From: Octopus sinensis
Taxonomy: Eukaryota
Length of the DNA stretch: 64,000 nucleotides
Direction: 5' to 3'
Assembly: GCF_006345805.1 (NCBI RefSeq)
Contig: NC_042997.1
Coordinates: forward strand, 16,988,001 to 17,052,000
Of the stretch, positions 38,912 through 51,651 are shown one piece after another. The notes below the pieces were generated by a model, which saw nothing but the letters and a program-made list of their open reading frames with translations, made no database searches and was not told the DNA's origin. A program made the position numbers and the translations under genes. Numbering within the stretch: the first letter of the stretch is position 1; each line of letters opens with the position of its first letter.

Positions 38912-40849
38912 CTATTTGTCATGTTTTCAGTCTATGGAGAAATGGTTAAGTTTGCCATGTTTGTATGTCTACTCCATAGGTTTACATACACATACATATA
39001 TATATGTAACAGCAATTCATATACATATAGATATCTACACACACCTGCACATATACATATTTACGTGTATAACTGTATGCTTGCATGTGTGTTTCTTTTT
39101 GAAATCAATACAAGAGATAAAAGCTACTGAGACTGTTAAGTTTGCATTCATTTATTCCTCTTATACAATATTTCTGATGTAGGCGAAAACAAAGAATGAA
39201 AGAATGGAATCAAATGAAAAATTAAATGTAAGAAAAAGTAAAAGTAATCCCCTCAACAGTAACACATTGCCAGTTGTTGCTGCCAGTTTACTTGGAAACC
39301 TATATTTTCAGGCATTTAAAATTTACTTTTTAATTTTTTATTTACAAATCATCTCACTCATCAAGATAGAAATAAACTGAATTTGTTTTTAACTTGATTT
39401 CTTTATTTCGTTTCTTGTAATTGTTGAAGTTATCTTTTCAAAATGTCTTACCTTTGGATTGTTTAATCATTTCCCATGTCTCGGACATTTTGTATCTGTT
39501 TAACCACTCAACATTATTATACCTATTCATAGATATTTTTGTCAACACAATCAATGTAGATGATTTCAAAGCTAAGGTATGTATATGTGTGAATTGTCTC
39601 ATCTGTGTACAACAGAAGAAATATGAGTTTTATAGCAACTCACTTGACTAAAAATAAATTAATAATAATAATCGTAAACAATGTGATTGTGGGAAGAGTG
39701 AGAGACATGCTAACAATAGAATGAATAGACAATTTCAAAAGTAAATCCTTAATGAATTTTAATGAGAACGTATTGAATTTTTCTTCCTTTGTATTAGAAA
39801 GGAAAAAAAGAGTCATACACAAAGGAAATAAGATTACCATTATTTTTTTCCTCCAGAGAGTACGAAATGAAAAGTTAATTACAAGAAAGACAAAAATATA
39901 TTAAAGAATTAAAAAAAATTTGAAAGAAAAAGCTCCAAGTAGTGTAAAGTATGGATAGACTTCCTTATGGTGAATTTCTCTGTTTGACTTGGCTTATGAA
40001 GGATGTAAACCTTGAGGGAAAAGCTTCTAGGGCAATATATAACGTAGAATGAATATGTTTTAACTACTGTCCTATATATATTTTCCAAATAAACACATAA
40101 AAGTAAATTCATGAGTAAAAGAAGTTGTAGGAAGAAGAATTTAATTTTTGTATGGTTTGACTTGTGCTGCATAAACAAGAGAACTCATGGTGGTTATAAA
40201 CTTATATTACATTTGATAAAAAGGCATTTGGTTTTACTAAATCAGACTGACCATATTTTTTTGTATACTTTTCTTTGATATTTGAAAGGGAAAGGAGATA
40301 GTCAAATTATGTGTGTTAAATTCTTTTTACTCCTTCAATACAGTACATTCTGCTGTAAGCAGTATGTCAGTGGATAACTTCTTTTCTTCTTCCTACCTGT
40401 TTCAGAGTTATGGGTACTTCCTATTGGTGATTTGATCTTATATCCCACACATGAACTCAGAACATGAAGACAAATGAAATGCTATGAAGAGAAACCTTTG
40501 TATGGTCAGTTTTGGAAAGCCACTGAGGATGTACGTGGAATAAAAATCTGGGCTTGGTTGTTAAAAGGGCTATCATAAAAAGAAATAGAGAACCTTATTA
40601 TAGCAGCTCAAGATCAAGATTTAAAAACAAACAACCTGAGATAATATGTATATGAGGAGAAGGTGTGAGCAAAATGTAGTGTGTGGAATTTGGCATAAAA
40701 CAATGGCACACATTGTTGCAGTATGTCCCAAGTTGGCTCAGAGGGAATATAAGAAATTTCTAGCAGAGTGAATTTCATCATGGTGTTGTTTTTCTCACAG
40801 ATGGTGCCCAACCGACCTTACAATACTGTGTAGGTGACAAAATCAAAGC

Positions 40850-40965
40850 CAAACAAACCACATTTGGGAAATCAAAAATATAAAATGGCAACAATTTATA
40901 CATCACACCCTGTATGCTGACAGCTCCACAATTTACCCATTGCACCCTGTATGCTGACAGCTCCA
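40850..40965. mobile_element. Tc1/mariner-like terminal sequence with a local 37-bp-period duplication
   Basis: caccctgta (reverse complement TA-CAGGGTG) occurs twice. caccctgtatgctgacagctcca is repeated at 40906-40928 and 40943-40965. Confidence 0.5.
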
Positions 40966-40967
40966 TA

Positions 40968-41510
40968 GAGAAGAGTTGATCTCTCAAAGTAGATGGAACA
41001 TGTGGAAGTAGGAGACCCAGGAAGACATGAGACAAAGGATCAGGCCTTTGCTGTACTCAAGAAGACCTATGTTCCACAACAGAGGTGTTAAGTTAAGTGC
41101 AGTACCCTTGGCAAAGATGATTGACCTGCAAGAGTTCTGTGCCAGTGCCACATAAAAAGCACTTGTGGCAGTGCTATGTAAAAGTGCAGTGTCATGTAAA
41201 AGTGCCCATGAGGTACCATGTAAAAATGCCTGGGAGATGCCTCAGGAAAGCACCTATGAGGTACCTCATTAAAATGCCCATGTGGTACTATGTAAAAATA
41301 CTTGTGCGGTGCCATGTAAAAGCACCCAGCACACTCTGTAAAGTGGTTGGCATTAGGAAGGATATCCAGCCATAGAAACCATGCCAAATTAGATTAGAGC
41401 TTGATGCCACTCTCCAACTTGCCAGCTCTGGTCAAACCATCCAAACCCATGCCAGCATGGACAATAGATGTTAAACGATGATGATGATGATGATGACGAT
41501 GACGATGATA
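40968..41510 (+). mobile_element. RTE LINE 3' end with a tandemly repeated 3' UTR
   Basis: LKVDGTCGSRRPRKT* resembles the RTE GxRxRGRP C-terminus. About ten 20-21-bp gtgccatgtaaaagcacc-like units at 41130-41330 precede the shared tail and (GAT)n. Confidence 0.8.
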
Positions 41511-41906
41511 TGTATATCTATATATATACATGTGTTTGTTTGTGCATTTTTGTGTGTGCGTTATCACGTCTTGTAATCTCGTTTGTAAAATATGTTTACT
41601 ATTTTACGTATAGGCTCTTGTGGCTAGTAAAGAAAGGGTTGTTGTTGTTGTTGTTTTCATTATGTCAATGAAATTACAAAAAAAACCCAAAAAACTAATA
41701 GAATTAAATTAAAAAGCAAAATCCTGCAGTGCAGTAGTTTAAATGTTTAACAGTATTTAGATTAATCCCTCTAGGTACAGACCCTTCAGCAGGCTATTCT
41801 GGCTTTTCTCCCTTTGGCATTTATAAAATAAGTAGCAGTCATTAATTAACTATACTCTATCTCCAGATCTGTTGTATTGTTCCAGTTAGCAAGCATTAAT
41901 AAAAAC

Positions 41907-41970
<64 letters not shown>

Positions 41971-41976
41971 TGCTAC
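41907..41976. repeat. Compound (CTA)n(CTG)n trinucleotide repeat
   Basis: Directly visible. Confidence 0.95.
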
Positions 41977-43171
41977 TTTAGTGTTAGCAGTTGTAATAAA
42001 GTTATTTTAAGGCTTCATTAATTGATCTAATCTCATTTAAACTATATATGTAATTTTCTTGTTTTTTTGTTGCCTCAGAACTACAAAAAAATGAAGATGG
42101 CAAATTTTGCAGCAGATTCTTTCTAATCCTGTTCTATGTCCTCTAGCAAAGGAAGGAAGGAAGTCAGAGACTATCTAATGAAACATGATATCATTAAAAA
42201 CATTTCTGAAATAATTATGACAAACATCACAAAATTTAATGCTGCAATTAACATCACAAAATGTATATAAATAAAATTAAAAAATACAAAAAAGTAATAC
42301 AAGATCGAACTTTGATGTTTGCTTTTGATGTAGTGTGGAAGGCAATGTTGACCACCAAACTAATTCTATGTATCATTTTTAAAGTTATTAAGTACTGTAA
42401 TGGAAAACGATGTACTACTGAAGAGTGGAAAGATAAAATAGTTATCATCAATAAAGAAAAAAAGATGTGCACCCAATATTTAAGTTTTTAGAAAGAAAGC
42501 CACTTCAACTACAATCTTTTGTTATTGCAATGAAAAAGATAGAAAACAAAACAAAAAATTTGCAATGTGAGCCCATCCCTTACACACATACATACACTAT
42601 AGTGTATATGTATGCCATATACACTATATGTATATGACATACATTAGATGTGTTGTTTACCTTCGCATAATCTTAGTTTGATATGTCTGGTATAATGCAT
42701 CAGTATGCTCAAATCAAAATTGAAATATTTTAAATTTGTTGAAAATATTTCTCTCTCTCCCTCTCTCAACACACATACATATATAGGTGAAGGTTCATGG
42801 CCTTGTGGTTATGTTGTTGGGCTTATGATAGTAAGGTAAAAAGTTTGATTCATGAGTCAGGCAATATAGTTTATATCGTTCCAGTGTTGTTAGCTGGTGC
42901 AGCCCTTTCATCATCTATCTGTCATATCCAAGCTGTTCCACTGGGTTAAAAGGGTATGTATGACTGCTTGCCTCTGTGTAGGCACCTAAACAATTAGCAA
43001 AAGTATGGTCTAGTTACCAAGTCATACTCCCTTTGAGTCACAAGATTTGTGTAGTTATACATATGTGTGTGTGTGTGTATCATCATCAACATTTAATATC
43101 CATTTTCCATGCTGCCATATGTTGGATGGTTCACTAGAGGCTGGTGAGTCAGAGGACCATGCCAAACTTGA

Positions 43172-43470
43172 CATGACTCAGTAGTTAGAGCATTGGACTC
43201 AGAATCATGTGGTAGTGAGTTTGGTTCTCAGACTGGGATGTGTGTTGTGTCCTTGAGGAAGACACTTTATTTCACATTGCTCCAGTTCAATCAGCTGTAG
43301 AAATGAGTTTCGACATCACTGGTGCCAAGCTGTATCGGTCTTTGCTTTTGCCTTAGTTGACATTGGTGGCATGGAAAGGGGAGGCTGATATGCATGGGTG
43401 ACTGCTGGTTTTCTATAAACAACCTTGTTGAGACTTGTGCCCTGGAGGGTAACTCTCTTGGTGCAATCCC
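43172..43470 (+). mobile_element. tRNA-derived SINE (family C), degenerate
   Basis: tRNA-like head tgactcagtagttagagcattggact...gagtttggttctc, then ttgtgtccttgaggaagacactttatttcacattgctccag. Confidence 0.7.
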
Positions 43471-43531
43471 TAAGTGGGGGCCTATATGTATATGTGTGTG
43501 TATGTGTGTGTGTACACAGTATATATATATA

Positions 43532-44331
43532 TCATCATCATCATCATCATCATCATTTAACGTCCGCTTTCCATGCTAGCATGGGTTGGACGGTTCAACT
43601 GGGGTCTGGGGAGCCCGAAAGCTGCACCAGTCCAGTCAGATCTGGCAGTGTTTCTACAGCTGGATGCCCTTCCTAACGCCAACCACTCCGAGAGTGTAGT
43701 GGGTGATTTTATGTGCCACCGACACAGGTGCCAGACGAGGCTGACAAACGGCCACGCTCGGATGGTTTTTTTTATGTGCCACCGACACAGGTGCCAGACG
43801 AGGCTGGCAGACGGCCACGCTCGATGGTGTTTTTTATGTGCCACCGACACAGGTGCCAGACGAGGCTGGCAGACGGCCACGCTCGGATGGTGTTTTTTAT
43901 GTGCCACCGACACAGGTGCCAGACGAGGCTGGCAGACGGCCACGCTCGGATGGTGTTTTGGTGTTTTTATGTCCCACCGACACAGGTGCCAGATGAGGCT
44001 GGCAAACGGCCACGATCGGATGGTGCTTGTTACGTGCCCACAGCACGGAGGCCAGTCGATGCGGTACTGGCTACGGCCACGTTCGGATGGTTTTCTTATG
44101 TGCCACGTGCCACCGGCACTGGTACCACAAAGATACAAATTCCATTGATGTTCATCTATTTTGATTTGTTTTGATTTGATTGATTTGATTTTCACTTGCC
44201 TCAACAGGTCTTCACAAGTGTCACAAGAAGGAAGGTATGCACAGGTGGACTGACTACGTCCCAGGTAGGGGCCATGGGTTATGGCCTGACTAGTCTTGCC
44301 GGGTCTTCGGATGATGTTTTTATGTGCCACC

Positions 44332-44335
<4 letters not shown>
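43532..44335 (-). mobile_element. Young RTE-related 3' UTR element containing a ~63-bp tandem array
   Basis: (CAT)n tail and the shared RTE-type end at 43532-43710. Units start at 43711, 43774, 43836, 43899, 43969, 44032 (diverged) and 44098 (partial). CpG-rich. Confidence 0.85.
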
Positions 44336-44375
<40 letters not shown>

Positions 44376-47300
44376 AGACATGGTATAAATAAATAATGGT
44401 CATTATATATTCTTTTACTGTAGTAAATTTGACATATAGTTCTTTCTGATAAGTCATTATAGGTTCGATTGTTGATTGGTTTACTTAATTGGTCCAATGA
44501 CTGGTTGAGAAAAATTGAATAACGTAGTGAATTTATGCTATCCTTATGAGAGTCAAACATTTATAAAATTTTTCACAACAAAAATGAAGAGCTGGCAAAG
44601 TAGCTAAATAAAGACGAAATCCTTGAATCAAGTAATTTGTCTTATTAATAGATTATCTTAGCCTAATTAAAAGTGTACCTTAGTTAAGTGTTCTGACCAT
44701 TAAATATACATTATTTCAGGAAATTAAAGATTAATATGAATAACTATGAAAAAAGGAGGAAAAAAGAAAAGTGGTCTATGAAGCAAAAAATTAGTCTCAG
44801 CATATCTAATGTCAAAAAAAAACAAAAACAGAAAACTTGAAATAATGTGCAGTAAAGCTAATGACTAATAATTATTTTAATTATTCTGAACAGTTCAAGA
44901 GACAACTCTGGACATATCCCAACCCTATTAGACTTTGTCAGGGAAGAAAACTTTAGAATATTTTAGACACTATATTATATGACACACATGAAAAATAACA
45001 GTTAAATTTATGCTGACAGTTATACTATAAACATTAAAAAATCTAATATGAAATAAGCCTGCCATTCTGAATTTGAAGATATGCCTTAGAATGTGAAAGA
45101 TGCTATGATTCTAATTAATATGATATTGGTTGTAGTCATTTTGGCATTAAAACACTGTTCAATGTAAATATCATTGTGCATATTCCTGATTCTTCTTCTA
45201 AGTGTTTTGATATTTTTCATTTTTATAACTAAATGCTTTGATATATCAATGTATTTCTTTTTCTTGCTGATACCTAAAAACAAGGAAACTATCCAGTTTA
45301 AGAAAAGTCTCTATGTTTATTAATTGTCAAGTCAGGGAAAACACTATGTAGCAAACACTAAATTAAGTATGCTTGTTCACTTTCTGTTAGGTTACTTAAA
45401 AATATGTGCAGATTTGGAATCTAGAACTGATGTACATGTTTTATTTTGAGAAAGTGGATATTGTTGAATATTATCATTATGGTTTTGATATTAAATTTAG
45501 GTTAGCATTTTTTGAAATATTAAACTTTAATTTGTTAGTTAACTTTTAATGTGTGATAAAAGTGTAATATGACCATCAGGCAAATATCTACAACAGAAGA
45601 CTGCAACAACATATGGAAAACAATAACATTCTTATTTGGCTGCCTTTTCAAAATTTGGGATGTGGTTGCTGCTGACCATCCATTGAACTGGCATTGTAGG
45701 CCTGTCTTTAGCAGGGAAAATATTACAAGTTTATCAGTCAATAAAAGAAATGGGTTAGTAAAGTGACTCATAGATAAAGGACAGCACAAAAATAAAGCAG
45801 TTTTACTGTGTTTAGGATGTATAATTTCTAGAAAAGATCAATAAAGATCTTAGTCTTAAGATGTAAATGGTGATTGTTATTTATGTGAAGCACAAGTTAG
45901 GAGTAGCAATTTTCTTTGAAGGATAGCAATTTACTGAAGCGAATTTAATGTGCAAGGTGGAAGAAATCTGAAAATCTGAAATAAGGCCATAGTAATTATG
46001 GGAGTACAATTGTAGAAGAGAAATGATCTGTTGAAAGGAAAGGTTGCAGTTAATTTTACTTAAAAGGTTCTTCAATGTTATATATCAACTTGTGTGATTT
46101 GTATTGAATTTTCTGAAGTTTCACATTTATCTGTAAACCTAACATGTATAAACTTTTTAATGTATAGTTATTTCTTGTTTTTGAATATCGTGTTTTTCAT
46201 ATTTATTTCTTTGCATAACTTCAAATTTTAATGGACAGATCTTTATATGTAAATTTAGCCTGATATTTAAAAAGAAATATATGCCTGAATTATATAGAGG
46301 TATCTTACACAAAGAGATTGAGGCAGTGTCTTTAAGTATATTTGCAATGCATGTGTATATGCATGCACACTCACATACACGTGCATACACACATATACAC
46401 ACGCACATACAAGATGATGTAAAGTGAATGAATGCATATAATATCACGAGTTAGTAACTTTATAAGTATTTTTTGTTGAAATGCATAGTTGCTTGTAATT
46501 AAGTCTTTTGTCAGCTGATGCTTCCATCAATAGTTCAATAATGTTAAAAGCTATTAATTATACATGGAACACAAGTGTGGAACATTAGTAAACTGTCAGG
46601 CAGACTGCTATTTTTCCATTTATATATCAACTGTGGTGTTCATACAACATAGTCTTCTTTATGTGAAATGCATTGTATGATACCTTGATATCTTCAGGCA
46701 TATTATATATGGTATTCCATTATGAGGATTCTCTATTGAAAGTAGGAGGATCTTTACTTATGTCTGCCTGTTAACTTTCAGTTCTTAAGAGCTTTAAATG
46801 CAAAAATTGTGAGAAGTATCCATTATTCATATTAGTTCCTATGTGCTATATGTTAAAAGAGAAAGTGGTTTAACACTATTTCTACAAGTGGTATAGCATA
46901 ATATTCTACATATTTTCTTCTTACATTTAACTAACAAAGTTTCTTTTAGAAGAAAATAATATTTTGCAAGAAAGTTTAAAATTATTATCTCTAGTCTTCC
47001 TAAATTAATTTTGTTTATAACTCTAATTTACTATTGAAAATACATGGAAGAAAATATATGTGTAAATAAAATTATATCTTTATTTGTAATTTTTATTTTC
47101 TCAGACATAATTTACCATAATGCTACAAAAAGTTCAATTGATTGATAAGCAGAGTATAAAAGTAGAAATTATAAACTTTATATACGCAATATTTTCAAAT
47201 TTTGTCATTTTGAAATATATTCAATTCATCATGATAAATTGAATTTTTTGCATTTTGGGTAAACTTTGAATACTTTTATACAATATTAGTGTAGTCTGGA

Positions 47301-47692
47301 ATTTGATTCTTGCAATATGTTTGTGTAATTAGGACACAATAGTTGCTTTCATTGGGTATGTGTTTGGTGATTGATGATTTATTAAGGTTTTGAAACCAGG
47401 GTCTAAACTAAACTGTTGAGACTAATGATTTTCTGTTCCAATCTGTATCATTCAAATCATGAAATTGTGGGTTTTTTTCTAAATAAGATTATTATATGTA
47501 TCATATCAAAATAAGACTATTCAATTTGAAAATAAGATGTCTTACACTTCAAAAATTTAAGTGCTTTTTTTTTCAGTTGGTTTTCATCTTCACTAGTTTC
47601 TTCAGATGAGTTTATTTATTTTTTTTAGATACTGTAGTAGCTTGGTGTTATAGGGGCTGCAACTGTTTAGTATCCTCCTACAAATAGGCACA

Positions 47693-48180
47693 GTCATGGC
47701 TGTGGGGTTCAGAAATTTGTTTCCTAACCATGTGATTATTGGTCCAGTTCCACCTTGGTCAAATGCTTTCCACTAAAGCTTTGGGCCAACCAAAGCCTTA
47801 AAAGGAAATTTAGTAGATGGAAACTGAAAGAAGCCCATCAATCATCATCATCAATTTCCTCTTTCCCTGCTGTCATGAGTTGGATAGTTTGACAGGAGCT
47901 GGCAAGACTGAAGTCTGAGTATGTGTTGCTTGTGGTTTCTTGTGTTGAATTTGTGTGATAGTTGTAAATGAAGAGTCTCATTATCAAGAAATGATGTCAC
48001 TTATTTCTAATCTTCTGTGAAAACATTTTCAGTCATAGGCAAATAGTACCTTGCATGGAAACAAGTGAAGGTTGGTAACAAGAAAGCCATCTGTCCAGAA
48101 AAATGTGTATCAACCAATTTGTGTCTGACCCATGCATGCATAGAAAAGTGGATGTTAAAATAATGATGATAATGATGATG
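47693..48180 (+). mobile_element. Family B' SINE (tRNA/CORE head plus RTE tail) with a short opposite-strand RTE-tail piece at about 47840-47910
   Basis: Head catggctgtggggttcagaa...ggtccagttccaccttggtcaaatg...gatggaaactgaaagaagccc; tail gaaggttggtaacaagaaagccatc...gaaaagtggatgttaaaataatgatgat. Confidence 0.7.
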
Positions 48181-48617
48181 AAATTGTAAGGGAGTCAATG
48201 GATTAGATATTGACACAAATAATGTTTGAAAATTTTATTGCATAAAAGCATAGTTGAACCTATATCACACCAAATGATATTAGTTTATTTGATGTAGTGG
48301 AGTAGCTGCATGAAAGTCTCTCACTTACCAAATACAAAGTTTTGAAATATGTCATGAATTGAATCAGTCATTATACTATAAATTTCCTGTGATAACATTA
48401 CATTTTAGTTTACTTAATTTAAAACCTAAATCAATTTGATATTTCACTAATACTTTTTTATTTTTGATGTGTGTGTGTGCCTTTACGTTTGTCTTCAACA
48501 CAGACAATACAAAAACGTTAATGGCATATATATATATACACACACACATATATATATATTTTGGTGCAAATGGTTTTTTATACAGTGCTGAGTTTACAAT
48601 CTTGTAAATAATAATAA

Positions 48618-48860
48618 TGGTAGTTTTATATAAGCTAAGCTTTCGGTGATCACCATGCAATGACTAAGGAAAATAGTCTAATAAAGGGGCATGTAAGCCC
48701 TTGACAGATAAAAAGAACGCTTATCTATCCGTGTGGGCTTTCCTCCCACACGGATTGGGAAACCTTCTTTTTTCTGTTGAGGATGCCCCTTTTATTAGAC
48801 TATTTTCCTAAGTCATTGCACAGTGATCACCATAAGCTTTAAGCTTATATAAAAATACCA
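48618..48860. mobile_element. 243-bp imperfect palindrome (foldback/MITE-like)
   Basis: The left arm tggtagttttatataagct...gcaatgactaaggaaaatagtctaataaaggggcat...atccgtgtggg pairs with the right arm around the 7-nt loop ctttcct (48738-48744). Confidence 0.8.
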
Positions 48861-48998
48861 GTATATATATATGACTAGCATCATACTTGACACCATTGAA
48901 TTTGAATCAAATTGTTTTGATCTATTCATACAAACACACAGATATATATATATATATATACATACACACATACCAACATACATATACACAGATATATA

Positions 48999-49035
<37 letters not shown>

Positions 49036-49329
49036 TTATATATATACACACACACACACACATCTTCTTCTTCTTCTTCTTCTTCACTTTCATATTCTGT
49101 GTCTCCTTCCTCTTGATTCCCTCACCCTGATCTCTACCCACTTACTCATTCCATATCCACACTTTACTTTCTTTTTTGTTTGGTTTCCTCCCAATATAAG
49201 GCAAAAACAAGGTCTGGAAGATAAAATGTGATAGCATACCTTTGATGCAAGTCTCTCTAATGTCTAAAGTGCCTCTCTAATGTCTAAAGCAGCAATCATT
49301 ACATAAATTTTCACTTCAAAATGTTGCAA

Positions 49330-49330
<1 letters not shown>

Positions 49331-49360
<30 letters not shown>

Positions 49361-49776
49361 ATTTGGCTCAAAAGCAAATAGCAAGGCCATGTAGGGGGAC
49401 ATGGAGTTAAGTACAGGGTGGTGTTCATGTAAAGAGTTCAGGTCACTTGAGGTCCAGGGAGGCTTTGAACAAAGCGGTCGTTGGCATCTTCACCATCTCA
49501 TCTGGCAGCTTGTTCCACGGATCCGCAACCCGGACGGAGAAAGCTCCTCTCCTTCGATTGAGATGAAATCATCGCAGGTAGAGCTTTTCGGAATGACCCC
49601 GCAGCCGACGCTCCGGAGCAGGAGTGAAGAACAGCTCTTTCGAGAGGTTACACTTCCCGCTTATGATGTTGTGGGCGAGAATGAGATCACCACGGCGGCG
49701 GCGTTTTTCAAGAGAATAAAGGTCGAGCGTCCTCAGCCTTTCTTCGTAGGACAAATTTTTGAGACCATGAACCAGG
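49331..49776 (-). mobile_element. Young 5'-truncated CR1-clade LINE
   Basis: LVHGLKNLSYEERLRTLDLYSLEKRRRRGDLILAHNIISG...RLRGHSEKLYLR*FHLNRRRGAFSVRVADPWNKLPDEMV...FKASLD, then a short 3' UTR and a (TAAC)n tail at 49331-49360. Confidence 0.93.
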
Positions 49777-51603
49777 CAGGTAGAGTTGGTACAGAAAATA
49801 GAGTTGGTACAGAAAAAATTGTAACGAATCATTAAAGATTATTAAAGAATTTTCTTTGTCTTCTTATCAACTGGATCATTTACCTGTGTGTATATGTATA
49901 TGTGTATATATATATACATTTACATAAATATCTATACTTCATGTACTGAAATTATAAATGAGTAAATGCTCTAGCTCAACACATCTTTTTATAAATAGGC
50001 ACTGACTAACAGAACAAATGAATTCATGATGAACCAGTTGAACTACATGAACCTAAACAATTTGAACTACATTCTAATTCTAATGAGAGACAAATTGATT
50101 TAACCATTAGGTTCATCTTATAGTGAGGTTGAATGTAAGATCCATGCCAAAATGGAAAAGCAGATATAAATGTCATTTTGGTTATAAAATATTTTTAACC
50201 ACCATGTACTACATTTTTATGAAGGTAAGCTATTTCAAATACAGTTATAAGTTTTGATATATATTTTATATTTAACTTGGTCATAATACTATAATTTTCC
50301 AGAAATATTTGTATTTAGTTTGCTAAATTTAGACAGATATCTCAATCTCTTTGACATTTCACTTATACATTTTGGTTTTAATTCAGTTTTGTTTTTCATA
50401 TTTGTCTTCATCTCAGACACATTCAAAGTTTAGTGTGATAAAGTGTTTGTTTCAATATATTTGTACAAAATACAAATGTCTGTTTCAATTTTCAATTACT
50501 TGTCATGATTGTGTGTGTGTGTGCATGTGTATGTGCATGTGTGTGTGTGTGTGCATGTGCGTGTGTGTGTAAACAAAATAGGTAAAGATTTCAGTAAGAA
50601 AAGTGAAATGGCATGCTTCACAAAATGTCAAAACAAGCAGAAATTTAACAAGAACAAAAAATATATTAAAAATATCACCAACACAAGTTTTATAACACAA
50701 ACAACGAAAAAGAAAAATTGGGATTAAAATTATTAAAAATAGGTTAAACAGTGAGTTGAAACATTTCATAGTGCTCCCTCCCCTACAACACAAAATACTT
50801 AGAATTCTGATAGTTCAGAGTGAAGATATGTAGTTCAGATCCTACAAGATCAGATATTTATACAAAACCAATTTTGTTGTATTTTGCCATATTTTGCAGA
50901 TGAATTCACTCCTACAGTTCCAACTAAACTTCTATCTAAAACATGTGCAGTAAAAATGTATGCAGAAGAAGTAGAAATGGTTTTAGAAAAAACTGAAATG
51001 TTTTCCAATGGTTTATAAAGTATCAAAGAAGAATTTTTTATTTTTTTCTCCAAAAATTTTCATTTTCTTTCACTTTCTTTTCTTTTAGCATTTCTAATGC
51101 AACAGTAAAAGAAACAAATGTGACTCTTTTACATATTGTGTTTCCTGTTGCGTGGCCTTCTTCAGAACCTTCCAGCATTTTGTCAGGAAATTAAGGACTA
51201 TCTTTGAAGAATAAATACAACAAGCAAGATGAAACTAAAACAGCAATCACAAACAAAAATAAATAAAACAAAAAACATCCTCCCCTGAAAAAAACATGAT
51301 CATAAAGAATAAGGGAAGAACAAAAAATGGAGGATATTGTCAAGATGAATGCAATGAATAAATATGCGTATGTGTGTGTACATATATAAACACATACACA
51401 CACATATGTATATATGTATAAATATGTCTCTATGTATGTATCCAAAATGTGTTCATGAGTATGTACACTTATGCATGTGTGTATCTGAATGAATTATATG
51501 AATGTGTGCGTATAAATACACACACACACACACGTATATGTATATATAAATGTTGTTGTTGCTCTGAGTATGTATGTGTGTAAATCTTTTTTTCACTCTC
51601 TAC

Positions 51604-51651
<48 letters not shown>

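Noticed and set aside
43557-44381. Longest ORFs (274, 191 and 153 aa) and a CRISPR-like look of the 63-bp array
   Set aside because: The units are near-identical with no unique spacers, there are no cas genes, and the context is eukaryotic. The ORFs come from tandem repetition inside a retroelement UTR.
49401-49835. 144-aa plus-strand ORF
   Set aside because: It is the antisense shadow of the GC-rich CR1 fragment.
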